A stretch of DNA of 64,000 nt from Octopus bimaculoides (Eukaryota), in the NCBI RefSeq assembly GCF_001194135.2, contig NC_068983.1:56203098-56267097 (forward strand). Direction: 5' to 3'. This document shows, in pieces, positions 51,721-64,000 of this stretch; the first letter of the stretch is position 1; every line of letters starts with the position of its first letter. Position numbers and translations under genes: made by a program. The notes under the pieces are model-generated. The model did not search any database. It had not been told where the DNA came from and was given only the letters and a program-made list of their open reading frames with translations.

Positions 51721-53194
51721 ATGATAACACTGGTGAATAAGATTAACGAACTACATTCATGCATAGCATTTGCGCCTTTAGAAAGAGACTAAATACTCTG
51801 TCGGAAAACTCTGATGTAACACCGTTTGACTTCGCGCGTATCCAATGATGTTGACTAGTTTTTCTATTGTGGCAAATGCACATATTTAAAAAGCGGGACC
51901 TGGCCCTCATACGGTCTTTCCCCACTTTTATAACAATTCAGACACATGCACCGCTTGATTTAGAACAGTTTTATTATGAGTTGCATCCGATGGCAGGATG
52001 TTTGCTGAAAACAAAGCAAAACACGCAACAGAAAATGTTTTGTTGGTATAAAAAACATGGGTCAACAAGGGTGGTAAGCCTTCTTAACACCTGCTGCAAG
52101 AAGCTCGCATCGCTGGCACATCTGTATATGAAAGGGTATAGGGCCACGACCATGCGGAATTAACAGAACAACCAAGCGATGGCATTGATCGAAATCGAGT
52201 TGAAGCCATTTACAAATATATGTATATATCTGTGTGTGTGTGTGTGTGTGTGTGTGTATTTGCGAGTGTGTTGGAGTATTATTTACATACATAAAAGAAG
52301 AAATGAATATGTACAAGGGTCTTTTTATTTTACTTCTAAGCTTAACACGAAGCTCAATAGAAATCGTAATATGGTATTGCTAACGGTATTACAAAGGCAA
52401 TACTTTCCTTTATAGAAGAACCGTGGTTTTTTACAATAATAGTTTGGTGTGCAATGCCTTGACATGCTTAATTATACATTCTGAAGATACTTGCCATAAA
52501 AATTCCTTCTGAAACACACTCGGCGAACTTTATTCAAAGAGAATAGGATTCTTCATTTCCAAGGAATCCTTCAAATGGTTAAAAAGAGATATTGTGTTAG
52601 GACATGAACGAAAAAACACCATCTATTTCAATGGATGCTGGATATTTACAATGGAGAACTGGTTTTATAAAAAAGACATAGGAAGCTTCAAAAGGAGCTT
52701 CTGAGGAGTGAAATGAGTTGGTTGATGTTTTATTGAAACTGCTGTTCAAAATATTGAAATCCAAGCAGAATAGATGAAACGAAAATAAAAGGCGAGCCTA
52801 TGAACTCATATTGTAATTTAATAAACTCCAAATGAGTTTGAGGACAGATTCGGTAGAGTGATACGGAAAAATCGATTTTAGAATCTTTAGTTAAATTTTT
52901 GTCAATTCTGGCACCAAATTTCAAATCTTACCAAAGTTGATTGTGCCTTTCATCCGTTGGGGGTTCGAATCATAAATAACACTGAAGTACTGGAGGGGGA
53001 TTTAATAATGAAGCATACCTATCCTAAAATCTGAGGGCTTCGTGACCGTAGCAAAATATTTACAGTCAAAATGGTTATTAAAATCATTATTAAGGCGGTG
53101 AGCTGACAGAATCTTTAGCACGCTGGACGAAATGCTTAGCGGCATTTTATCCTCCTCCTCCTCCTCCTCCTTTTCCTTCTTCTTTTCCTTCTTG

Positions 53195-53685
53195 AGTAAG
53201 AGAGTAGTGCATGCCACCAAAGTGACACTGAGGTAAAATATACGAAGCCTAACATACACAACATGACTACCCATCTGATAAGGGTACACCAAGCACATGC
53301 ATCACAACCATATGTGCACAACATGATTATCTTATATCAAGATAAACAGCGCATGAACTTGCAGGTTGGGCCCAGTTAGAATTTTCTTCAGGTCGAGTAG
53401 CCCATCCCACTCAAAAGGTCCCTGAATAAGGTTTGTTTAAAGATGTTGGACGAAACAACCATGTTTCCAGATGTGAATTATCCAAACCCCAAAGAATTCC
53501 TTTCAACACTTGGTTATGGTGCACCCCGACTATTTCTGCTCGTGATCAGAGATGCACATATCGTCAGCCACTTAGAGACATACTCAACTGGTTAAAGTCA
53601 AACAACGGACAAGCAAATCTGTGGTATTGAGCAGAATATCTGCTGTAGCCCTGCTTTTATACCAAGTCAAAACAATGTACATGGT
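53195..53685 (-). mobile_element. Non-coding retroposon family E
   Basis: Homologous to 30348-30747; bounded by (CCT/CTT)n and (TTA/TTG)n tracts. Confidence 0.78.
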
Positions 53686-54076
53686 AACATCATTATTATT
53701 ATTACTATTATTGTTGTTGTTGTTTATGTTGTTTGATGAAAGCACTCACCTTATTTTGCTGGGTATGATGGAAAGTGTCCACAGCCACCAGGCTAAGGTG
53801 ACACTTGTTTACTGACCACGCTTCAAGTACCCTGGGAGATAACTCTCACAGTTCCAAGCATTGCTGATTTTTGCCGGTGTCCTACTTTTATATTTGTACC
53901 AATCTTTTTGAACCCCGTTGGTAGTTGAGTGCTGATACTTTCAAGCGCACTAATCACTATTGTTATCACGTCCACTCTCATCATTTCCCACAACCTGCGT
54001 ATTTCCCACTTCAGTTAGTCATATTTGTTCAAATTTTCTTCTTTTTCTTCGATCCTATTGTTACTAGGAAATGCTA

Positions 54077-55000
54077 CAAGGTGGTATCAAAAAATTCCCG
54101 GACTAGTTCTGTAGCGCGCCAACAAATGGCAGCACATGGTTGCGTGTGCAATGAGAGCTAGCAGTGACCTTCATAAGGCAGTGTGTTGACTAACATTGCT
54201 GGGTTTACTTCACAAGCTGTGAAATTTGTGTTTTTGTGATCACGTGTATGCTGTAGTCTGCGATTTTGTCACGGACAGATTGTTGGGACAAGAGCCAACG
54301 TGAAATGTTGCGTTAAACTTGAGAAGTTTGCTGTAGAGACATTGAGCATGCTTCGGCAAGCTTACGGAAATGAGGCAATGGGTCGAGCACAATACTTCGA
54401 GTAAAACGGGTGCTTCAAAAGCGGAAGAACGTCCCTCAAAGATGATGAGCAATCTGGAAGACCTGCCATGAGCATCACCCCTGGAAATGGGGTATTGTGC
54501 ATCGAGAAATTGTTCCTCTGGGCCAGACGGTAATCGAAAGTTCTACTGCGATGTTTTGAAGCCTTTGAGAGAGGACATTCGGTGAAAGCGACCGGATCTG
54601 TGGAGCGCAAAGAATTCGGATTCTTAATGACGACAATTCCTCCTGTCACCAAACTTTCCTCACTCATGCGTTTCTTGCCAAAAGCAAATTGGCGTCACTT
54701 CCGCACTCGCCATATTCGCCAGATTTAGCCCCTGCAGACTTTTATTTCTTCTCCAAGATGAAAATGCAGCTCAAAGGTCAGCGCTTTAGCACCGTTGTCG
54801 TGATCCAGATCGTATTGCAGAAGATCCTCGACTCCCTTACGAAAATGACTTCCAGGCCGGATTCCAAAAGCACCAGAAACACTGAAACCGGGGTATTGCT
54901 GCGCAGGGTAACTATTTCGAAGGAGATGGTGTTAAAACGAAGGTGAATAAGTTATTTTAATTAAACATAACTAGTCCTAGAACATTTTGATACCGCCTCA
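54077..55000 (+). mobile_element. Mariner transposon, both TIRs, internally deleted
   Basis: TA-CAAGGTGGTATCAAAAAATTCCCGGACTAG and CTAGTCCTAGAACATTTTGATACCGCCTCA-TA; remnants MLRQAYGNEAM, FKSGRTSLKDDEQSGRP and HSPYSPDLAPADFYFF. Confidence 0.93.
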
Positions 55001-55697
55001 TATGTCGATTACCATGTATGCTTTTTTGTTTTTCTTTCTTTCTGTTCACCATATCAGGTTTCCGATATCTGATCAGGTGGTCACACTCAATCATTGTATC
55101 CCACAGAATTTTGCAATCTTCAGTCATAGTAAGTTCCTCTAAGATATGGTCATATTATGCCTTTGAAATTTCAAGGCCATGATTTCCACATACCTCACAA
55201 CGTGTCATTCTTGTTATATGTTCATGTCTTTTGTATTCGCGTTGTGCCAATTTCAAGCAATCACTAACAATATGACATATTGTTTCATCCTTCTCACCAC
55301 ACATTCTACATTCCTTGCTCTCAGTTGTGCCAACAATTCTGCACGTATGTGTCTACATATATAATTAATTTTCTGTTCAGCATTAACTAATCTTCTCTTG
55401 ACAAAGGAAGCCAGATTTTTTTTAAATCGTCATGTAATTGGTTTCCGGTTACATACCCGCGACCTTTTGCAGAAGTCATGAGAAAATCAGGATTATTATG
55501 ATTACTACGTAACTCTGAGTTTCCTGAAACAGCTGTCGAGTTAGCAAATAATATATAATTTTTAATATATTTTGTTCTGTGTTTTTATGCCCCATGGAAA
55601 TATATCTGTATCAAGTCTATTTGTGTTCATCACTAATGCTACACATACATACACAATCACACACTCAACCGCACACACAATTGCACACACACACACT

Positions 55698-55753
<56 letters not shown>

Positions 55754-56229
55754 CACATATGCAATCACAGACACAAACACATTATACATTATATATTTTA
55801 TATTTTAAAACAAATCCACTAACTTTTGTCGGACTCAGTTTGAAGAGAATCTTATTACGCATATTTTTTCGAAATAAGTTGAATGTACGACGGATAATTG
55901 TTTGTTTCTACTGTTAAAACTGAATTGAATAGTTAAGATGATATACGAGTTCAATGAAAGTATTTTTTGCCCATCAAGAATGATGTTGCTTGAATAAACA
56001 TAAGATTTCCAGGAAGAATAATTCTCGGGTATTGATACTGAAAATTCTTTGGTTGACCCAAATATCAATAGAAATATTTCTCTTGCTCCAAGGTGGAATG
56101 GTAATATAATGCAGGAACCATCATAGAGGATGTGTCACTCAGTTGCAAACACATGCAAATATACCTCTCCCCGCCACATACGCACTTACGCACGTATCCA
56201 AAGCATAATTATATACAAATATATAATTA

Positions 56230-56353
56230 TGTATGCTTGCATATTATATTCATCCATATATATGTATGTATATATATATATATATATAATATTCATCCAT
56301 ATATATGTATATAAACATATATATATATATATATATATAGACATATATTTATA

Positions 56354-56399
<46 letters not shown>

Positions 56400-56406
56400 C
56401 ATATAT

Positions 56407-56454
<48 letters not shown>

Positions 56455-56660
56455 GGATGTATGTGTGTATGTGTGCGCGTGAATGTACACATAACTACAA
56501 ATATGTGTATGTATATATATATATGTATACATGCATATGTATATATGTTACATATGTTATATGACACATACATGCATACATATATATATATATATACATA
56601 CATATATACACACACACTCACACATACATATATACACACACATATATATATTAATCAGCT
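56230..56660. repeat. (TA)n/(CA)n compound microsatellite
   Basis: Directly visible. Confidence 0.95.
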
Positions 56661-57599
56661 ACACACACACGTTCACGCGCACGCGCGAAACAGACTTTAA
56701 ATTTCGGATACATGTGTCGACTGTAGGGATGTGTGGAGCAAGATTTGTGTCTCTGTAGATTTCTGCATTAGTTTATGAGCTCAGCATATTTCGGCACAAA
56801 GCATTAATATATTCGTTGCTTTTAAGTAAACCTGCAATATTGGAGAAATGTCCAATAAATAAATAGAACACAATACGAAATATAGATGCTATAGCTATCA
56901 TTCAATATGCTTACGTAAGGCATTTCATAATTATTATCATTGAATATTCAGGTACGTTGTTATTTCTACCTTATTTCAGTTACAGAAATCACTAATATGC
57001 GTTTTTTGGTGTTTTTCAGTTCGGTGAAAGAAGCCCAGCTTTACATTCACGTTTATTGAACGCTCCTCCGATTCGTTTTGCATTTCATGATCTCTATTGT
57101 CCACTTGAAATATAACGCCATTTTCTTATCAACGTCAAGTCCACTGTGAATTGTATGAGGAAATATTACACATTCGTCCCTTACGTTAGCTCTGCCGCTT
57201 ATATTTCGTTTAGCTGAGTTTATGATCCACTTTTGATGATGCTGGATCGTTAATGCTGAATCACAAAGTAATGAGCGTATCTCCATCTTTTCTAGAATAT
57301 CTGAAATGTCATATTGATGTGTGTACATTGTGTTAATGTAACTCACAAATGGCAACAACTTTAGCGTATTGAATCCTGTGTTATGAGATCAATTCTTTTC
57401 ATATTTTCTAATTACCACTCCTTATGAATAAAAATAACATATTTGAACGAAATATCAGTTAGTCTTTAGTTATGCTTCTTTGTGTTCTTAGTTCAAATCA
57501 TCCTGAATATAATCTTGCTTTTCATTCTCCAGCTTTAGTAAAATAGCCATTAATAAATTAATAGATGTAACATTTCGGGTTATCAGTCTCTATATTTTT

Positions 57600-57812
57600 A
57601 TTCTTTTATTCTTTTACGTGTTTCAGTCATGTGATTTCAGCCATGCTGGAGCACCGCATTAAGGATTTTCTAATCGAAGAAATCGATTCCAGGACTTATT
57701 CTTTGTAAACCTGGTACTTATTCTATCGGCCTCTTATGCCGAATCGCTAGTTTACGAGGACGTAAGCACACCAACATCGGTTGTGAAGTGATGGTAGAGG
57801 GACAAGCACAGA
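57600..57812 (-). mobile_element. SINE-A 3' half
   Basis: TTTCAGTCATGTGATTTCAGCCATGCTGGAGCACCGC...CACACCAACATCGGTTG. Confidence 0.85.
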
Positions 57813-60800
57813 CCTTGATTTTCCAGTACGTGTAGTTTAGCATATCTTAGAATATGGTGACGTAGTTATTCTCAGACATCTTCTTTGGGCAAATCGACCA
57901 GTCCCAGGCTCTGTTCAACCTGCAGATGTAATGTGTCTTACTTAAGATTGGGCAGCAATAGTTTATGTGGTGAAATGTGCCCTCCTCCACCTCCTCATAT
58001 ACTTCACTTAATATACTCTGTCTCATTCAATACTGTTTCTGTTCACGGTTGCAAATACTTTAATCACGTTCCGTGATCAAAAATCCCTCAATCCAAACAA
58101 TTTGTCAACTAATAAGGTATTTTTTCCCCTTTTTCTACCTAATCTTTATTTTTAACATAATGGCCATGAAGTGGCTTTTCCTACCGCAGTTTTAACACAA
58201 CATTCAGTCGCTAGCGTTTTCATAATTTCTGCCGTTGTTTTAGCCTTTGTCTTTACATCTATCTAATATTTCAGTCTATTAGTTTCGTTGAAAGCAGACG
58301 ACAATGCTTTTTTTGCTTACGTTTTGTCGGTATTTGCATTAATCTAAAAATATTCTTAATAGATAATTGTTTGGTTGTACACTGAATATTAACAATTTTC
58401 TAGTTGCACACTCTTCTACCTCCGCTTATTCACTATAAATACAATCTTTCTCGGTCAGATTTCGGCAGATCTTTGCTAAATGCACCCAGTTTGTTTGCGC
58501 TTTTCTGTTTTGTCTTTTCAATTTATTTGATTCTTACTTAAAATATAACTATAATTATCACTATCATCATTTTATTGTTATCATTATCGTTATTGTCTTT
58601 ATTGTTCTTATGTCATTGCACAGTTTGGATATAAAACACGTTTTCTTTTGTTTTTTGTTTAACATTAACTATCAAACTTTGACAAAAAGTGTTAGACAGA
58701 AACCACCTTTCTTAGAATATGAGCTCTTCCAAGGCGGGAATATCTTATGTCACTCGTAGAATAGAATGATAATTTCCTTTCCAGACTCTATAAGGAGTCG
58801 ATCCGCGTATTTTCTGAAAAATAACCAAATTTATAAATAGTATCTTGAGAATGAGACGTGAGGTTTGTAAGAGAAAATGGGAGAAAGGGGGAAAAAGAAT
58901 TGTGGACGTGACCTTTATTATTACAAGCAAGATCTTCACTCACCAAATAAAGTAGGGAAGATGTAATAACATTAAATAAATTGCATCGCCATCCTCTCTG
59001 CTAAGCAGACAGTAACAAAAACCATCAACAGCTGTAATAAATCTAGCAGAAATAGTGCAGTAACAACAACAAAAACATTATCAGAATCACCACCACCACC
59101 ACCACCACCACCATGAACATAACCAATAACAGGAACAACGACAGCTGCTCTCTCCAATGTTATTATCATTACAAGTATTGGAATACATGCAAACAAAACT
59201 ACAATATCAACTCTTGGATCAGTTATTAGACCAGGATTGCTGCCGTGAAAAATTGCAACACTTGCATAACCATCGGCCCTCACCATACATATACATAAGA
59301 CAATACCTTGCTCTCAGTCATGGATCAATTATTCGCTTGAAAATGAAAAGACATTGAGCAAAAAATAAAAACTGCATTTTATTATCGGCGTAATTACTTT
59401 ATCAATTGTTGAAAGCAAAAAATATTCACTGACTCCAATCTGCTAGATACGAGAGCAAAAGAATTAGAAAGCTTGACCACTCTACTCCCAGCACAAATTG
59501 AAAGTGAACGAAGGATGTTTGGAGTTCCATACCGTCTGTCAAAAAATGGGGTAATATAGAGTGACTGTGATTTTATGCCTCAATGAAAAGGACTCAAGGG
59601 AAATAACCTTAAAAAAAATACTCGTTTGAACTGTATTACAGTCACCCTTTATAAAGCAATGATTCACCAAGGTGATTGCCAACGATGTTTTACCAGAAAT
59701 AAGTATAATGGGAGACTGGCAACTCGAAAACAACCTCATATAATAATTACTTGGAGTTTAAATTAGAGGTGAAAATGCTAATAAAATCTAAAAACAATCT
59801 GATTATCCAAACCGCACCTCATGTATTTGATGATTGGGCATTCGATGAAATTTGTGTTGAAGAGTAGGAGACCTAGGCTTTATAAATGTGGTTGCACTAG
59901 CCACCTCAACCCGAATGGTTTTAGTTTAGAAAATGGCCGTAAAGGCCTTTGGCATTTTACTTGTTGCTTTGGCTTTCACTGCACTTGCCTGGTAAGATCT
60001 CCTTACTGCCAACACCGTACCCATATAAACATCAGCAATATGAGTAAAATCAACAGCAACAGAAACACGAATAGTAATAGCAAAAGCAAGAGGGGGAGTA
60101 AAACAGAAGGCTACAACCAAATCACCAAAGGATTGCATTTCCATCTTCGAAAAGGAAATCTTGCAGGAATGTCATCATCTCGAAAACACCAACAATAACA
60201 ATGACAAAAATAGCACATACGCACTAAAGAATCCCTTATACTCTGCTCTCTTCCGCCCGTTCTTCGTCAAATGAAGTGAAGCTGGAAATAACTAAGTAAT
60301 GAGAGATAAGAGGAAGGCAGCAATGAACGACCATCACCTAATCAAAAAATTTAGCAGGGCGAACAATACGCCACGGATCCTATAACTTCTTGGTCTATTA
60401 GCATATCCTCCACAAGGACATCAGAAACAACAAATAACCCTCACCTATTACAAAAAATTATTCAGCAAATTCAAGCAACAGCCACAACCAGCAGTCAGCA
60501 CTGGGGCACAAAAAAGAAAAAACGAAAGTAACAAAACAAGAACCAGAACACCAACAACCTGTAAAACACAGATATACTCTTCAGCCTCGTTGTTTGCTCC
60601 AACTAGAACGCTGAGTTGATGGAGTTCGAAAAAAAAGCAAAACGTAAAAGCATTATATAAAAGAAAGGGCGTTCAGGAAACATTCTGAAAACCGACAAAA
60701 GACACTTCTGGTGAAGACCAGGTCAGAGGTCTGTAAATATTTGCTGTCAAGGTTTCTCCATTCAAACTTAAAACAATCGAACCATTGAGAATCGCCAAAA

Positions 60801-61454
60801 ACCAATTTTCTCACTTTAATCCTGATACAAGTAAATGAACTTTTCCACTTATTTATTTATTTATTTATTTATTTATCACGCAATATGCCGATACTGAGAA
60901 TTGGCTCCGTAAAATCACATGACCTAAGTTCACTTATCAAATGACCATAAGTCACCAGATATTTACATCATGTTTCGCTTTTCAATAGTCCTTTTTCTTT
61001 ATCGGTTTTATTCAAAGACCAAAAAAGTTGTTTGACTTGTTTAAGATTTATAGCTGTTTATATTAGTTTTCCATTAATGTTAATTTTCTACTTCTACACT
61101 TGATATCATATAATAATTTCCTGGCCAATGTCTCACTATATTCGTAGTAAGTACAATCTATTATTCTGCGTCAGATTTTAGGTGATATATTCTCGCTACA
61201 TGCATTATTTATCTTGTTTTTCCGCAATAGTCTTGATAATTCGCTTTCTGTCTAGTAGAGTATATTATAACTATAACATATTAATGAGACAGCTAGAATA
61301 TTGAATCATAACTTACTTTTTGTACTTATCTGAGATGTCATGAAATTTAGAAAAGTTTATTATAGATGCACATTATGTTATTTATTTAATTAATCTATTT
61401 ACATAACACCGTGTACAGTAAATATATTGCGTTTAAATGCTATCTATGGTATAT

Positions 61455-61795
<341 letters not shown>

Positions 61796-62109
61796 ATGAG
61801 GATAAGATCTATGTTTAAATACCGATTTTATCAAGTTGCCAGCATGGGAATAAAAACCATCAAAGGTAATAATTATTTGAAATTATAATTTAGGGTATCT
61901 AAGAGATACCAGCACGCTGGAAATAGCAGTCAAAACTTGACTCTAAAACCAAATTAAATGTTCATATAGCACTAGGAGAGAAGATGAAGAGACAAAATGA
62001 ACTAGCAAAAAATTGCTGGATAATTCCAGATCCCGGATTTCTGGCTCTGCATAAGAAATGCTCTGCCTTCATCAGTGTAATTTTGTGTCCGAATTTGTTC
62101 CCTTGAGGA

Positions 62110-62270
62110 CTGATGCTGGTGTGTTTACGTCCCTGTAAGTTAACGGTTTGGCATAAGAGACCGATAAATAAGTCCTGGAGTCGATTTCTTCGACTAGAAA
62201 ACCGTTTAAGATGGTACTCCAGCTTGGCCGCAATCGAATGAATTAAGCAAGTAAAAGAGTAAAAGAAATA
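62110..62270 (+). mobile_element. SINE-A 3' half
   Basis: GATGCTGGTGTGTTTACGTCCC...GCAAGTAAAAGAGTAAAAG. Confidence 0.82.
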
Positions 62271-63005
62271 TCTGAGAGTAAGTATAAATATTTTACAAAT
62301 ACTATCTCGAAGTGGATCGGTAAGAATATGCAAGTCTCATGTTCAAGTCGTGAATTTGTTTCCGCTGTCTACATCCCAGCGATCGTTGTGTTTTCATCTA
62401 TTCCAGGAAGATATGTTAAATAATATATAAATGTAAATGACAGCAGAAACAGTCAGGTAGACAGCAGATACACACACACGCACGCACACACACACATATA
62501 TTTGTAAATACTGACTTATTCGCCCAATCCTCATATACGCATCATAAAAATATGCGTATATATACATATATACATACACGTTTGAGTGTACACGCGCAGA
62601 CACACACACACACACACACACACGCGCGCATATATATATATATGTGTGTGTGTGTGTGAAAACGAATGAAATGGCTTTTCTGATAATTTTTCCACTTTAA
62701 TAAACTTATAAACATCTAATTATTAATGTGGCAGAATTATCAGAAAAGCCATATCTATTCATTTTTGTTAAATATATAATACTGTACCAAAGATTTTTTT
62801 TATTTCTTATTCTACTATAAGTATATATATATATACACACAGACATTTATAAGTAAGAGAAGGAGAAGAAACATACTTCTTCATCCAAATTCAAACACGC
62901 TTTCAAATCTGTCGTTGGGCAAATAGCGGCAAATTATGTATATCNNNNNNNNNNNNNNNNNNNNNNNNNNNNNNNNNNNNNNNNNNNNNNNNNNNNNNNN
63001 NNNNN

Positions 63006-63335
63006 CCCCAGGACTTATTCTTTGTATGTCTAGTACTTATTCTATCGGTCACTTTTGCCGAGCCGCTAAGTTAAGGAGGCGTAAACACACTAGCATCGGT
63101 TGTCAAGCGATGTTGGGGGGACAAACACAGACACACAATCATATACACACACATACAGGTATATATATGTACGTATAAACGACAGGCTTCTTTCAGTTTC
63201 CGTCTACCAAATCCATTCACAAGGCTTTGGTCGGCCCGAAGCTGTAGTACAAGACACTTGCCCAAGGTGCCACGCAGTGGAACTGAACCCGGAACCATGT
63301 GGTTGGTAGGCAAGCTACTTACCACACAGCCACTC
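63006..63335 (-). mobile_element. SINE-A (3' end lost in gap)
   Basis: Near-consensus copy. Confidence 0.92.
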
Positions 63336-63947
63336 AAAGAAAGAGAGGGAGAAAGAGCAGTTAAAGCCGAACTACAACGTGTTGAATGGCCTTATCTCCC
63401 TTATACCGGAAAAAATCCCCCATTACCTGGAACTCCATATTTTACACCATAATGAAGACATGATACGATATATATATAAAGAAATTTGAGAAATTTGAAA
63501 AGAAAATACGAAACCGGTTATTTCGCCAAAAACAATGCTACTATACTCAAATTTCTATAACATTTTTCTAGCATAGCGATTTAAATATATACTTTAACCA
63601 TATAACACAAGCCTTGTGTAGTTTTTTCACTCTTATTTGTCTTTTATACATCCAACCACGTGCTTTCACATACCAACTCTCTCACCTATATATATATATA
63701 TATATACATAAGGTCCTGGTAGGGTATAAAGGTAGGGCATTTCCAATGACGCACTAAACTCTCGTCCTGGATTATGAGACTAATACTGAAATTATTCAGG
63801 TGCAGGAAATCCTGGTTTCACGAGGGTAAAACCGTTTTTGGCTTTAGCAAAGAAAATATAATCCGATTAATAAGGCAAAGAAATATTGAAAGTATTTCAT
63901 TGTTTTCTTTTTTAATTTGTCTTATAATTTGAATTATATATATATAT

Positions 63948-64000
<53 letters not shown>

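Noticed and set aside
58675-58712. TTGACAAAAAGTGTTAGACAGAAAC resembling a U3:A8 hammerhead
   Set aside because: Only a 3-bp stem II, with no stem I or III; likely chance
59400-60520. Possible very old plus-strand Dong-type LINE debris
   Set aside because: No motif survives clearly enough
60700-60750. CTGGTGAAGACC...GGTCTGTAAATATT resembling a hammerhead
   Set aside because: Core A6 and GAAA are both broken and stem I is weak; at most a dead relic

Overview
Repeat-dense, AT-rich animal genomic scaffold with 13 N-gaps and many microsatellites. The tRNA-derived SINE families and the microsatellite load suggest an octopus genome (inference from recalled repeat families, not a database search). 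No host protein-coding gene can be confidently supported, and nearly all ORF-track entries are artefacts of microsatellites, N-runs or transposon debris. The window holds about 35 copies of four working-named SINE families (A-D), several R4/Dong-type LINE fragments sitting in trinucleotide microsatellites, CR1-type fragments, mariner/Tc1 elements and MITEs, hAT remnants, a piggyBac-like MITE and a ~400-500 bp non-coding retroposon family (E). The best signal is a nearly intact Penelope-like element at 32555-34292 (RT FIDD motif, Cys linker, GIY-YIG endonuclease, one frameshift). It is bracketed by 163-bp inverted pseudo-LTRs, each carrying a minimal type I hammerhead ribozyme with a compensatory U3:A8 core, and it sits inside a (TAA)n-anchored nest of retroelements. 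Coordinates of eroded elements are approximate.
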